Shown: positions 40,153 through 55,357, counted from the stretch's first letter. The stretch: 64,000 bases of DNA from Eledone cirrhosa (GCA_964016885.1 OZ024741.1:348192001-348256000); one strand, 5' to 3'. A program made the numbers and translations. Notes: generated by a model not told the origin, from the sequence alone.

Positions 40153-41299
40153 TTCTCGAAAAATAACTATAAGTTGTGGAATTTGACTGGAGAGAAGTGA
40201 CTCCGTTTTCCCGATTTTTTTCTCTTGTGTGCTCCACGTTTTTTATTTCTATTTGAAATTGTATTAGATAGGTGTGTCTGTTTTACCCGTATCTAAAATA
40301 GACATTATACTAACTTCGATCAGCCTTTTCTCCATCTACCACTAATTTCTCTCTTTTTTTCTCTTTCTCTGCCTCGAACCTTTCTCTATCTGCCTCTTTA
40401 CACATCTCTCTCACTCCTCTCCCCCATCTCTCTCTCTCGATTCCTTCTGTCACTGCCTATATACTTCTTACTCCCATTTCCTCTGCTTACTCACGGTTTA
40501 ATTCTTCGTAGTCACTAGTCGAGTCGCCTCTCATGCTTTTCTCTTTCTGCATAGGACGACAGTCATATACTACTTACTTATATTTATGTTTCCTTTTAAT
40601 TTTCACTTCTTGGCAACGCCATTTCACACCCTGTTTTTACCACTATATTTTCAGTTATAATATATTGGTTTGTAACATTTTTGAGGAGCTTTATATGTAT
40701 AGTTCCTCGAAGAGAACAATTTAACCTGTTTCCTAGTTTTGTTCTGTTACCGTCCAATGTAACTAGAATGAATAGTATCAGTTCTAATGAACCGACAATA
40801 TATGGATTCCCAGCGGTTAAGTAAATAGAAGGGACTATCCGTTTTTGCCTTTGTCTTTCATTGTACTTCCTCCATTTTAATGCAACCCTGAATAACAGAT
40901 TAACACATTTTGAAACGGCGGTGTTGAACCACTCATACTTCTTCTGAAGCGCGAAACTATTATTACTGTGTATTATTTTACCCCTGTGTTTCCTTAGCCA
41001 TGCAGAACACTTCTTTAAATATATACATTCTCCCTTCTCTCACAGTTGTTGGGGAAGAGTGGCAGAAAACAGAAAAAGAATCAAGAATAAATTGAATCAT
41101 ATATGGATTATATTTTAATAAAGGGGATTTCTCTCTGTTATTCAAATCGATTTCTTGGGATTGCTTTTATCGTTTTTGATAAATAGGAATTTACGTTGGA
41201 CGCTAAATATGTCATGGCGTTTCACGTAAATTTATGTCAGTACTTACCTCAAAGGTGCTCGTAGTTTTAATATGATGAAAAACATTAAATTATTCTAGC

Positions 41300-42600
41300 T
41301 TAAAATTGTCGAAAGAAAGAAAAATGTACAATATCGTCATTACGTAAAGATGGCAAAATTATGGATTCAGATTAAAAGTTTACCGACCCGGAAAAATCGA
41401 TAGGTCATGAGAATGTCTACTGTCGTATATTTAACACCTCACTTTCTGACTAATATAAGTGAAGATATTTAGATGTCAAGAACATTAAAACTGCAGATGT
41501 TGATTATTATTCATATTGTACATTTTTTTAGTAAATATAATTCAGAATCTCCTGAGCAGAAAAAAATATTTAAAATCCAAACTGATCTTTTTAAAAAGGA
41601 ATGTATTGAAATATGAGTTCATTTCATCACACTGTTTGAATATATGTCGGCATTAACCAGAAACTTTGAAGCCCACATATAGATGTATGTATATAATTTG
41701 TACAATTCAATTGAGGAAACATAAGCTAGTTCGTTACGGATTCCACTGGAATTGTTTGGGTGAGTGTGGTAACCGTTATTATATGTAACGTTGTGCCGGA
41801 AAACGTAGAGAAGCAAACTGTTTTGGCGTCAAACATTAAACATAGAGATAATTATGTATACGTAAAAATCGACATAAAGTAGATGACAGACTGTCTCTCA
41901 AAAGGGTATTTTGTGTGTATCATAATCAAAATCTAACAAAAAGATCAGTTTCAGTGGGATATGTAATAGAAAATCTCGGCTCATATTATGGATTGCTTAG
42001 AGGTTTTAACAAGAAATCACCAGATAACAAATGTAGTTTGTACGAAACAACGACCGAAAACATTAGCCTTATTATTCCCAACTGTGTAATAAGTTTCTCT
42101 GGATACTACCATTACCTGAGACATAATGTGTTTGCCAGCCCAATCTTCAGTGTACTGTAAAAAGACAAAGCTAACAACAGAAAGTATTATATACTCATAG
42201 TATTAACTCAATATAATATTATTGGACCCTGATAAAAAAAATCATACAAAGCTAACCTGATTTACTTCTTTTAACTACAGATATATATTTTTTAAATTAT
42301 ACTTGCTAACTGAACACCTGATCACAGTAGGGTACAAGTTCCAGATCTATGGATAAAGGATAAATAACTGGCAAATTCTCAGTCAATTACACATTCCGAT
42401 TCATACAAAAGTATTAATAGAACTCAGAACGTATGCCAACGCTCTTTGACCAATTTATAATTACATTATTTTTCGGCGAGAAAGAACTCCTTGATACGTA
42501 AACTATACATGATCTTGTATCTGGATCTATAAAAACCTTCAATGTAATTTAAAGGATGATCTTATTTCACATATGTAGGTTTAAATATAAATATTCATTA
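41300..42600 (+). pseudogene. Very decayed large DNA-transposon ORF, possibly Academ-like N-terminal part
   Basis: Broken peptides IKTADVDYYSYC and TPDH..HSDSYKSINR resemble AADVxYHxxC and TPxH..GHxISYxxVxR; weak. Confidence 0.3.
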
Positions 42601-43756
42601 TGTATATGAAATGTATTGCGTTCACCCGAAATCAGTATGTTAAAAAAGTAATAGAAATTTTCATCACAAAACTATACAATAGGAGGTATTAGATTTTAGC
42701 TTATCGACCAAAGTTATAGAAGAGAGAGAGAGAGATACAGAGAAAGAAATGCCTATGCATGAGAAAACAATCTCTAATACAAGAGTGATGAATTCTCTAT
42801 AATGATTTTGTCATTTGCAACAATTTTTTAATATTTATTCACTTCATTTCCATAATAGTATATTAATTGATCATGACTAATTAAAATTATTCTTTAATTT
42901 AGCACATTATACCCGTGTTATTAATAATTAAATACTGGTCAATCTCACGTATCCTGATCAATCACTATTTCATCGATTATATTTAATAATATTTATTTCA
43001 TTTAAAATTATATTAGTTTCAATTTAATTTAACGTAACACAATATGATCTGAATCACTCTTGTGTTGGGTCGGGTGGAAATGGATTCACAAATTTGTATT
43101 CGATAATATTTGTTATGTTCCGAAGACAATGAGCCATAGGCTAAGATTGGACCAATTGTTCCGGAATTCAATTATATAATATTTAGATTTAATTAAATTT
43201 CATGATTTAATTCTTTGTCAAACAAAAACATTGGAATTAATGAAATTGATATATAAAATCGCTGCCAAAATCAGTATATAATAACGAAGACTACGATTAT
43301 CATATCCTATTGACTACAATTGTAATTTGTCAATTAGAAACACATTTTGTTACGTCAGTTTCCTTCATATTTCTGTGAGACGGATAATTTGTAACATGGG
43401 ATCTCCCCTTTATAATTGATAGTAATTTAATATTACACTCTATCTGGGATGAATATTAATTCTTATTTAGGAGAATATAATTAACCTTATATTCGAGGTA
43501 TAATACCAATTTTGTCAGAATTCGTGTTAATGTACTTCATGGAATATAATAACAAGTACCATCTCACATACGCCAACATATGGTTGGGCATATGTGTGAA
43601 ATTGAATTATCTGCATCATTTATATGCTTATATATAAGCACACATTTTCCCCTTTAATATTAACTGTTGAAATTTCACTGAATGATATTAATCATTGGTA
43701 GCAGATTTGACGTCAAATAACCTTGCAAAACAAACACGTACACACACACACACACA

Positions 43757-43822
<66 letters not shown>

Positions 43823-45031
43823 AGTGTTTGCGTGTTGTTTTTGTGTGCTTCTATGTGGGTGTGGTTGCGAGGATACATGTGGGGTGAAGAATTAAATGAA
43901 AAAAAAAGCGAAATTTAAATCACTAAGATTGATTCTCATCTAAATCTATTTTGCTAATACTTTCCCCGTTCCTTCCTCTTTTCACTCTTTACTTATATAT
44001 ATATATATAAGTATGTATATATATATATATATATATATACATATATATATCAACGTGGGGGTGTGCTTGTGTGTCCGTTCGTGTATGAGCATTTAGGTGC
44101 GTGTGTGTGGAGAGGGTGCGACTCGGCGTCATGTAATCACTTACATGGTATAACACAATATATATTAACATAAATTATGTATTATATATCTCTATAAAAT
44201 GCATTTATACATACGATATGATGGCGGAAATTATTGAGTAGCAGTTTGAAATTGCATGCAATGCCATTCTTTTGTCCAATTTTCCATGTACCACATACTA
44301 AGATGTTAAAGTATTAGCATGTAACATCTATGATATGAATTGAAGATAAGATTCTGCTACTTATATGTGATATTGTATAAACACAATAAAATCATTGTTA
44401 TTCCTTTTTGAAGAGACAATTGTATATAAAGAATTTATTCTTTTTTGGAAAGAGAATGAATTATATAGAAATATCAGTGTTTTCAATAGATTTAATAGTC
44501 GGCATATTTAGATAACTTCCACTACTTTTAGAGTTCAAACTGCTACGATTATATTTTCATTCTGTCTCTCCAAAACTACCAATTGCTTTTTGCTGACACT
44601 ATGATATTTTCAAAGGAAACCACCTCAATGTGTCTCTTTTCATAGGATACCACATAATTTACAAGCGATTATTTTTTTTTACTATCCAAGATATTCGTTG
44701 TGTGCTTTTCATGTTGACGTTTACATTTTGGTGCATGTCAGCCTATGATAAAATACAATTATATCCATGACCCATTGATTTTCAGTCTGCGTGTTTATGG
44801 TAAACTATGACAGCAAAGTGTAATTTGAAAGAGAGTGTATGAAAAAAGCTGAAAGTAAAACTTGAACTCAGCTATCCATTCGCAGAGGAAACGGCACGTT
44901 ACAATACCTACACACTAACTCTAATTTCAACTTACCAAGTAACAAGACATTAGATAAACAATGGTCTTACTATTCTAAATTGGTAACTCCCAATCCCCCT
45001 CTCACTCTCTATTTTTGTCTCTCTCTATGTG

Positions 45032-45102
<71 letters not shown>

Positions 45103-45223
45103 GTGAGTTTTTTTTTTTACAAAATGAAAAATAACAGAGGTGTCCTACACGAGTGAAAGTATAAAGAAAACAAGATGAAATCGAAAATGCAACTGGAGTC
45201 TTATGTTTAATATACATATATAT

Positions 45224-45265
<42 letters not shown>

Positions 45266-45384
45266 TGATATATATATATATATATATATGTAGGAGGTGA
45301 GTTTTATTGTAGTACAATAAAGCAATGCAGATATCGGATAAGAAGCACTCTACAGTTTGTAGGACTGGAGTATACATAATATAT

Positions 45385-45560
45385 AAGATCAAAAGATGTT
45401 TAAATGAGTTCCATGTATTTTATTATGCGCATTTCAAAAACAAATATCATGTCTTCCTATTTCATCTGATGAAAACACAAATGTTATTGCATGATGAAAT
45501 TTGTTTTTCAAATGCGCATAATAAAATACATGGAACTCTTTTAACCATCTTTTGATCTTA
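45385..45560. mobile_element. Palindromic family P10 element (second copy 49435-49692)
   Basis: aaagatg.ttaaa.gagttccat.tattttattatgcgcatt occurs with its reverse complement. Confidence 0.8.
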
Positions 45561-45565
45561 TATAT

Positions 45566-45596
<31 letters not shown>

Positions 45597-45879
45597 ATAT
45601 ATATATATAAAAATATGTATATATATATATACATATATATATAAATATATATGTATATACATATATATACATATATATCACGATAAATTAACGGAGCTCT
45701 TGTTATTCCCTGTCAATAATGTGCTCAAAGGAAAAGGAATCCTGAGCGACAGTTTAATTTATATTTTTAAATATTGTGTGTCTACCCTGCCTTCCATAGA
45801 TTATAGGCTTCATACACTGGTGGTTTTCCCTGTTTTATCGATGGCACTATCTCTCTTTACTGTGTTAACTTTTCAACAA

Positions 45880-46013
<134 letters not shown>

Positions 46014-46616
46014 TATGTATACGTACATGCATGTATCTATACAGACGTACAGTAGTATATATATACATACATACATGCACACATAGGTATACGTATGGGT
46101 TTACCGAACATTTATTATAATGCTCGGTTTGTTTGTAAACAAACAGCCCGAGTTATTAACCGTAGAGTTTTCGGCAACCATCGTGGCCATTTTCTTTAAC
46201 ACTGACAAAGGAACGATGAACTAGTTTCTAGCTAATTAGCTGTCATCAGCACCGTATACCTTCCTATCATTCCATTGAACGTTTGAAAGTATATACTTTC
46301 CCTATGCATATTAACGGCTTAGCAGCCTAATTTGCATATCGAGTGAGTTAGTCGGCCGGGCGTACCGAAAACGATAAATGGAAAATGAAATTTCATTCCC
46401 CACTCTTAGTACGGCTGATACTTAAATATAAGTATGTATACGTACATACATATATGTATACATATGTGTATGTAAATATGTATGTATACATATATATATA
46501 TGTATGTATACATACTTATATTTAAGCATCAGCCGTACTAAAATTGAGAAATTAAATTTCATTTTCTCTATATGTTTATGCATTTATATATATATACATA
46601 TATGTATATATATATT

Positions 46617-48465
46617 TCGTTTCTGAATTTGTTTAGCAAGATTCTTTATCTAAAATCGTGTGTTGAAACCGATATTGTTATACTTTGGGATGGTCATGTT
46701 GCCAATAAGAAACACATGCACTAGCTGCTTCACTTCAATTTATTATAATAAATTTATAAATTTAGGAATTTATAAAGTTCTGGTTGGTTGGTTGGTTCCA
46801 CTACCAGATAGTTGTTTATATATTGTCAAAGTTCTTTCGTCACACATTCTGTGACCTCTTCAGTGACTGGGGATTATTTTCTTTGTTTTTGTGCTTCTCC
46901 TTTGTTCTGTCCTACGCCATTTTGTTTCTGTGTGTGTGTTGTGTTTTCAGTCTGCGCATGCGCCACATCCGGGTGTCTGTGTGTGTTTATATTCGTTTAT
47001 TTATTTATTTGTTTATTTACATGTTACCGGTTGGTTGTTTGTTCTATGTGCGTGTGTGTTTTCATTTTGTCCATAATTGTAAGTTGTGATGTTGCTGTTC
47101 CACTCATATTTTCTCTTAATTTTGGTTGTAATTCATTTATGTTTATTGCCTCTGTGATTTGTCTTAACATTGCGTCTTTTCTGTGTGTAGATTCTATTTT
47201 TAGTTCTCTGTTCTCTAATTTACCCTTATGTTCTATTTTAGCATGTTGGTAGAGTACAGATGATTCTTTACTATCTTGAAGGTCTCGCCAGCGTTCATTT
47301 ATCCGTTCCCCTACAGTACGAGCTGTCTCACCTATGTACACTATATTTTTGTCTCTACATTGTCCTTCAGTACATCTTATGCTATACACTAGATTTCTAG
47401 TTTTACAGTTAATATGGGGGCTTATTTTACAGGTTATACATTTCTTATCTATACAGGGGTGTCTTTGAACAGGGTATGTATTGCTAATAAGTGTTTTTAC
47501 GGAGGTACCTGGTTTTCTACTATCTTAATATTGAGTTTATGTTTATCTAGGGCCCTTCTAAATTTGTAAGCTAATTCACCTCTAGGTGGTGTATCTATGA
47601 ACATTACACTCTGGTATTTATTGCTATCATACCATGAGTTTATTCTATTAGTCTTATTCCTAGTTCTTTCTATTCTATTCCAAAATTTGCTCCTATATAA
47701 GGGGCAGGTCCCATTTGTGTCATTATTTACCATTTTTTCCCATTTGGTTCTGGCTCCTCTATACACTCTGATTTTATCTCACTGATTGTAACCATAGAAC
47801 TGCATACGGTGGATGAAGTGTTGTATGTGTCTCTCTAGTTCTTCGGGGTTGCACATGCGGGACACGTTTCTCATCACCCGTACCAAATCCGCAATTAGTA
47901 TGTTGATTTTGGGATGGTCCGAAACAGCCGAGTGTCGGTGGATCAGATGTTTGGAAGTCATGTGTTTGGCATAATGGGAATGGAGGATTTGTTTTTTGTT
48001 ATTAATGGTATCTAAACAGAGCTCTGTGTCTAGTACAGGTAATCGATGGTCGGGGTGTTTACTTGGGTAGTCTATAGTAACTCTAATACTCTGGTGGATG
48101 GAGTTAGCTATTTGCTGGATGCTTTCCATTGTGTTTTTTTCTAGTTCCTGACTGTTCTCTAGTGGGGGTGTCTTAACTATGATGTTTATATCATCAACGT
48201 AGCGGGAGTACATTATCAGGGTTAAGGGGTCTTCTAATTGTTTTTAAGTTTAAGTTTAAGTCTACTGTCCCACCATACCATGAATAAGTTAGCTATGTCG
48301 CCTGCAATGCTAACACCAATGGCTGCTCCTTCCTCTTGGGCATATGTTTTTCCATTAAATTTGAACATATGTTCCTTAAGGGTTAGTTTTATGCTGGCCC
48401 CTACCGCATGTGCAATCACTTTCTTCAGTTCATCGTGGTTTTCGGGTGTCCGTATGACTCTGGTC
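46617..48465 (-). mobile_element. PLE family A copy, 5'-truncated
   Basis: ORFs 48234-48419, 47779-48213 (YSRYVDDI), 47497-47766, 47024-47389 (YIGETAR); pseudo-LTR with HHR. Confidence 0.95.
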
Positions 48466-49363
48466 CGTATGGCTTCCCGCCTACATTAGTGATCCCCTCT
48501 GGCTTCTCAACATTCTCTTCCAGATATTTTGTCTGAGTCTCATTCATTCTCAGTCCCACGCTTATCGACACAGTCTCGGCCTCCTGCATCAAATCCTCTG
48601 CCTCCTTCACTGTATGTGTCACCAAAGCTATGTCGTCGGCAAATTCAGCAGCCGATATCTGTTTCGCCTTAACTCTCCTTCTCTGAGCTTGTGTTACAGT
48701 AAAGCCAGAGTCCTGGCGTTTCTCCAGTGCAAGGCGCATACAATAGTCGACTGCGATGATAAAAATGTAGGGAGCCAATACATCTCCCTGGAGCAATCCA
48801 GCCAGTATCTCAAAGAACTCTGTCATCCCATCAGGTGTAATGACTTGGACTTTGGTGTTGGTGTAGAGCAGTGATATTAGGTCCATTATCTTATTGGGGA
48901 CTCCATAAGCCTGTAAGATCTTCATCAGGCAGTTACGGTCCACAGAATCAAAGATTGGGAATACGGAAGATGATGTGGTTGAGAGTAAGCGCAAAGCCGG
49001 GGCGGCGTGCCAGAGCTTGAGATAGGTATATAAGTCGGACCTTCGTAAAGACCTGAAAATCTGCCTCTTCATTGCTGTAATGGAGTCTCTGTGCTGCTGT
49101 AGGGGTCTGAGGCGTGGACACTGACCAAGAAACTCACTCAGATGGTGGATGGGTGCTACATGAGAATGCTGAGGATGGCTCTGAACATTAATCAGTATAC
49201 ACTGAGGATGAAACACTCAGAGCTGTATGGGAGCCTCTTATGTTGATGCCCTAAGAACAGACACTGGACCGTTGGAGACGCAGGACATGGGCGCGATAAT
49301 GAGGGACAGAGACCGCTGGAGAGAACTCGTCCATGGATCTCGGGAATGTTACCCACCCTAGAA

Positions 49364-49365
<2 letters not shown>
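48466..49365. mobile_element. RTE-clade LINE with 5' inversion: RT part on - (48466-48952), 3' part on + (48953-49365)
   Basis: - strand FDSVDR..GLLQGDVLAPYIF..EFADDIAL..GLRMN; + strand IGNTEDDV..WTLTKKL..DGCYMRMLRMALN..DRDRWR. Confidence 0.88.
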
Positions 49366-49429
<64 letters not shown>

Positions 49430-49578
49430 TAATAAAGAAGAAATTAAAAGATGGTTAAAAGAGTTCCATATATTTTATTATGCGCATTTCGAATACAAAA
49501 TCATCCTGGAACAAAATTTTACGTAGACATAGCACTTTCCTGTAAATAAGTGCTATTATGCCTCATGTCATGTTACCT

Positions 49579-49648
49579 TATTTTATCTGATGAGAACACA
49601 ATGTTTGTCCCAGGATGATTTTGTATTCGAAATGCGCATAATAAAATA
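49579..49648 (+). ncRNA. Type I HHR of family P10 (decayed copy 45458-45528)
   Basis: tattttat CTGATGA gaacacaa..ttgtattc GAAAT gcgc ATA^ ataaaata; 8-bp stem I; palindromic ATGCGCAT. Confidence 0.85.
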
Positions 49649-49796
49649 TATGGAACTCTTTTAACCATCTTTTAATTGCTTCTTTATTATATATATTCCA
49701 GTTCTACCAACAGTTGAATGCTACCTATCTGGTATATGCATAGTTTGTTGTTCTACAATATTACACACCTTCTATATATATATACATATATATAAA

Positions 49797-50453
49797 TATA
49801 AATTTAGCGAGAATCGCATTTCGGCGGGTAGAAGAAAAAGAAACGCAACGCAAATTCCGAGTCATGCTAGCAAGCGCTCCATGGGCTAAAGAGACCAGAG
49901 CAATAAACATAGGTTATAAAGGCCATACAAAATCAGAAGGCGGTCAAGAAGCCATTAACCATCTAAGCCAAAAAAACGAGTCAAGCTAAACGGGTCACAC
50001 AAAATAAATGACATATTCACCGGCGACACCTAAATCAATAATACTGGCTGCTTAAAACAATAAGCTTTTGATATAATGATCGAACAAGGAATATCAGGTT
50101 ATGAACAGGTATTTTGTTCAGCGCCAGTGTTGTGGATGACAGAGTGTTTTGTGAAAGCACGTGTGTAACTCACAAGGGAAAAACCCCAGATTTTGACAAA
50201 TGAATTCAGTATGTGTAAGTTCATGCCAAACATTACATAAACAGCACAAATCGAATAAGCTCTCGAAATAAACTTAAGCAATTAATCAGTCAATAGGATC
50301 ATTAACAGGTTAATTGTAAGACTCGGGAGATTAATACAGATATAAATTCAGCGAGAATCGCATTCCGGCGGGTGGAAAAAGCGAAACGCAACGCAAATCC
50401 GAGTCATGCTGGCACGCGTTCCATGGGCTAAAGAGACAAGAGCAATAAACATA
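49797..50453. mobile_element. TA-flanked element with ~115-bp direct terminal repeats (period about 544 bp)
   Basis: gcgagaatcgcatt..ccgagtcatgct..ccatgggctaaagagac.agagcaataaacata at 49807 and 50351. Confidence 0.7.
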
Positions 50454-50620
50454 TGTATATATATATATATATATATATGAAAAGTGTAAGTTTCTACACA
50501 AAACGAAGGTTATAGAGAAAATTGAGGTTGGTAATGGCACATGGAATATATAAGAGACAGAATACTTTTTTGTGAAAAAACATATAATTTTATAAGGTAA
50601 GGAAATAATAAAGGGTATAA

Positions 50621-50668
50621 AAAATGACCGGTTTCGATGGGTCTGCAAAAGCCATCTTTTCAAATGTT
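50621..50668 (-). ncRNA. Type I HHR with U3-A8 core in the family B pseudo-LTR
   Basis: aacat TTGAAAA gatgg cttttgcagac ccatc GAAAC cg GTC^ atttt. Confidence 0.65.
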
Positions 50669-51023
50669 GATTAATATTAAGAAAATTAATAATAAGAAGA
50701 GTTAAAATTTGAGATTTGAAAATTCAAGTATAAAATTCAGTGTGGGATTTCATAGTAGTTTTCATCTTGGTAGCAGCAAGTTGACTGCTGTGTGCCTTTC
50801 TGGTAGTGAATGAGGAGTTATTTGGGGGAGTTGGTTATTTTATAAAGGTCAGATTTAGCAATGGGCAGATGGCCAGCTGCTGGTCAGTGAGGGGGTGGAA
50901 GCAATATACATACATATATCTCCCTGTGGTCGGTAGGAGAGGGGAGAGTGATAGAAAGGGATTTATTGCACTTACACCTATATATACACACATACCCTCA
51001 TCCACACACACATTCATATACAT

Positions 51024-51134
<111 letters not shown>

Positions 51135-51203
51135 CACACATACACACACACATACATATACATACACACATACACACACACACATATATATACACATACA
51201 CAC

Positions 51204-51234
<31 letters not shown>

Positions 51235-51271
51235 TATATACATACACATACATCCAGATACACACATACAT

Positions 51272-51315
<44 letters not shown>

Positions 51316-51766
51316 GTACATACACATATATACACACATACATATACACATATATATATACACACACACACACACATACACATACATACACCCACACACA
51401 TAGAGAAATGCCTCCAAATATATATACATACATACACATATATTTTTTCCATAATATAAGAAGTTAGGACAGTGAAATTAAAATACAAGTCATTCTGATC
51501 ACATTGAGTTCTTCATGTAGATTGGGACCCGCAACCGACAGTGGTGAATTCTGTGTGCGCATATATATATAGATATATGTGTGTGCACGTGCAGGTTTTA
51601 ACATGGATGTGTTGGTCACACAAAGGCATGGTCTGTCAACGAATAAACCTGATTCTACAGAATTGGTCTCTGGTCTTTAATAGTAGTGATAATTATATAC
51701 ATGCACACATACACACACATATATCTGTCACTCCGTGCGTATGTGTGTTTATATTTTATGACAATT

Positions 51767-53668
51767 CTATTGGGGTGATAACCCGTTTAGTTTTGGTTTA
51801 AATTTGTTAAGGAATAGATTTTCTTTGTTTATTCTTTGTTGCTGTGTGAACGAATCTGAGCACTTGTAGAAGGGGAAGACTTTAAAGTTGGGTAGTGTCA
51901 TTCCTGCGCAGTTCGCAATATGGCTGCTCAAGCGGATTTTTCTTGTGTTAGCGTCCCGGATTTGTTGGCGATGGATGGTCATTCTTTTGCGTAATGAGGT
52001 GCCCGTCTGTCCATTGTAGTTGTGTTTGCACCCACCGCAAGTTATTGCGTAAATCAAGTTCTCCGAGTTGCAGGTGAAATTGTTTTTTACTGTAAATGTT
52101 TGGCCATCTTTAAATGTAAATTTTTGTCCTTCAGTGAGGTAGAGGCACGTTCCACAGTTTGTTCTACCACATTTGGTAACTGTAGGGTTGAGGATTGGTT
52201 TGGGTATATTTGGTCCAGTGAGAATGCGTTTTAGTGATTTGGGTTGTCTTTTACTTTTAAGGATCTTGTGTGTTTCTAGAATAGACCTCATTTTTACATC
52301 TTTAAGTAGGATGGGGAGGTTTTTGTGTCGGTGATCAAACATTTCGGTATTTCTGGGGTTGAAAGTGGATACATATGGTAGGGTGTTGAGTGTGGTTTTC
52401 TGTTTTGGATTGTTAAGTTGATGGGGATTTAGGTGTTTTGCCCTGTCTATTCCATTGTTGATTATTTCAAGTGGAAAGGCTCTTAAGATAAGGGTGTCTT
52501 TTAGTTCCTTTAGTCTTTGCTCCCGTTTAGGTGGATCTGATACTATGGTACATATACGTTTGGCCAAATTGTAAGGAATGTTAAGTTTTGTATGTTTTGT
52601 GTGACTTGATGTGAAAAAGAGGTATTGCTTGGAATCTGTGGGTTTATAGAATATATCTGTATCTTATTTCCCATCTATTACAGAGATGAGAATATCCAAG
52701 AAGGTTAATTCCTTGGGATTGGATTCCATTGTGAATTGTATGTTATTATCTATGTTGTTTATCATGTTTTTAAACATAGTAAGTGAGTTAATGTCTTCTT
52801 GTCATAGGATAAAGCAGTCGCCTAGATATCTTTTCCAATTGGCTTTGAGGTGTGTGTGGAAAGAGTCTCCAAATAAGAGAAGGGACTGACTGTATATTTG
52901 TTGTTCATGGAATCCCATGACTAGGTTGGCATATGTGGGTGCTACTTTCTTGCCCATTGCAGTACCTGATACTTGTCTGTATGTTGAACCATTGAATGTG
53001 AAGTAGTTATTTTGTAGGATAAAGCGGAGTCCGTCAGTGATAAAATCTTTGTTGATGCGTGTCGGTATTTCTGATGGGTGTGTGTTAAGCCAGTATTGGA
53101 CTGCTGTTATTCCATATGTGTGGGGTATGTTTGTGTAGAGGTTTATTACGTCAAAGGAGACAAGAATTGTATTTGCACTTACTGTTTTAGGGAGGTGCTT
53201 CAGCATGTCAAGGTCATCTCGTATGTAGCTCTGTATATGTTGTAGAAAGGGTTTCAGTAGGATGTCCAGAAAGTTGCTAAGTCTGTGGGTTTCACATGTA
53301 GGGCCTGCTATAATTGGCCTGAGTTTTAGGTCTTCTGGTGGTGTTAGTTCAATGTAATTGTTGGTTGAGGTGTCACATGCATCGTTTATGGGTTTACATT
53401 TGTGGAGTTTCGGTAAGCCGTAAAGAGAGCTTGTATTGCATTTGAAGTGGCTTATATAGTTAAACTCTTTTGTGGTTAAGCTGTTGCGGTATTTATTCAG
53501 TAAGGTCAAAAGGTTCCCCATTGTTTTGGTGTGTTTGTAGTTTTCTGTTTTTTCATAGTATGTGTTGTTTTCTAAAATGTTAAGTGCGAGGGTCCTATAG
53601 TAGTCCGTATTTATAATGACAACAGTACTGCCTTTATCGGCTTCTTTGATGGTTATCTCAGGGTTGTT
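51767..53668 (-). pseudogene. Disrupted PLE RT and GIY-YIG ORF
   Basis: ORFs 52802-53668 and 51767-52567, joined by a stop- and frameshift-containing FLD..TDIFYKPTDSKQYL segment. Confidence 0.92.
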
Positions 53669-53674
53669 ATATAC

Positions 53675-53727
<53 letters not shown>

Positions 53728-53796
53728 CATGTGTGTACATATATATAAATGAATACATATATATATAATAATTTCTATACATGTATATATATATGA

Positions 53797-54493
53797 ACTA
53801 GAAATAGATTGACATGTATATATATAAAATAAATACATGAAACAATCACAGGGAATAATTTGTAAAGAATATAGGCACACATAGCTAGGTAGGTAACTAA
53901 TTAAAGTTTGTCTAGAACTTCAAATATAGATACCTTTTGAAATGATTAATCTCCTTTGTATATATTTCTTTAAGTAAGAAATATATTTCACCTATTAATC
54001 CGTAAATCACAGTAGTCAAATTCTTGGATGTTCACCAAAGGAGAAGAAAAATAACCATCTGTGTTTACACAGCAAATGCAAATTTGTGAATGATTCGAAC
54101 CACGTGTTGCATTTTTTAAGAAATACACTCGTTGAACAACGTCATCCCAGTGGCGTGAATAGGACCATCGACAGGCAGAAATAGCTCCTTCGGTGAACAT
54201 CCAAGAATTTAACTGCTGTGATTTACTTAAATATATAGGAGATTAATCATTTCAAAAGGTATCTATATTTGAAGTTCTAGTCAAACTTTAATTAGTTACC
54301 TACCTAGCTATGTGTGCGTACATTCTTTACAAATTATTCCGTGTGATTGTTTCATGTATTTATTTTATAAATATATATGTCATTCTATTTCTAGATGATA
54401 TGTAATGCGCGGATCTAATCTTTGAGCTTATTCAACGGTGGATATGACGCATGTCTCTCAGACATGACAACCCTTAATTTTAATTTTAATTTT

Positions 54494-54495
<2 letters not shown>
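53797..54495. mobile_element. Palindromic element P11 (arms about 53798-54043 and 54186-54394)
   Basis: Reverse-complement arms with a 140-bp spacer; TA-flanked; no HHR recognised. Confidence 0.7.
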
Positions 54496-54528
<33 letters not shown>

Positions 54529-54790
54529 ACTATTAATCTTTTGATAAATTTATGTTGTACTACTTGGGAACAGTGCCACTGCTTGTATATAAATGTTGAT
54601 ACTATTCCGCTTTAGTAGGGTAATGGGGTTTATGATACAGGAAGTTGCCTGTAATTTTGGTTATTACATCTCGAAAACTTTCAGCCGATCTACGCAAGCA
54701 AACGAACACACGCACAAAATACAGACAGTCACTGTCATAGACAGAGAAGCAGATACATACTAATATATAGATAGATAAAATTGATAGTTA

Positions 54791-54881
<91 letters not shown>

Positions 54882-55302
54882 GTGTCTGTATATATATATA
54901 TATATATATATATTCGTGTATGTTATCACAATACGAATTTCTGTGAGAGATTTTTGTCTCCAGCAAATCGTGATTCTCTGCCAAAACGACATCCAATTCG
55001 AAACTTTCGTAGTCAACAATTGTAGATATAATACCATTAATTAAAAGTTACTCCACCGACACTATTTTGTTCTTGCTTTAGAAATGCCATTATAGCGATA
55101 ATTAGCAATTAATTCTTAGCGCCTAATGAATAATAATAAGAATCCCACCAGGAAAACTGTAAGATATTATTTCCAATGTTCGTCACCAAGGAATTTGTAA
55201 CGACATAATTTGTGAGGCGTATACATGTATAGGCGTACAACTGTACACACATAAGTTTGTGTGTGTGTGTGTGTGTGTGTCCGCGTGTGTGTGTATGTGT
55301 GC

Positions 55303-55357
<55 letters not shown>

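Noticed and set aside
48425-49216. 263-aa ORF as an intact protein
   Set aside because: It is a chance fusion across an inversion junction: antisense RTE 3' sequence, RTE RT and out-of-frame PLE sequence
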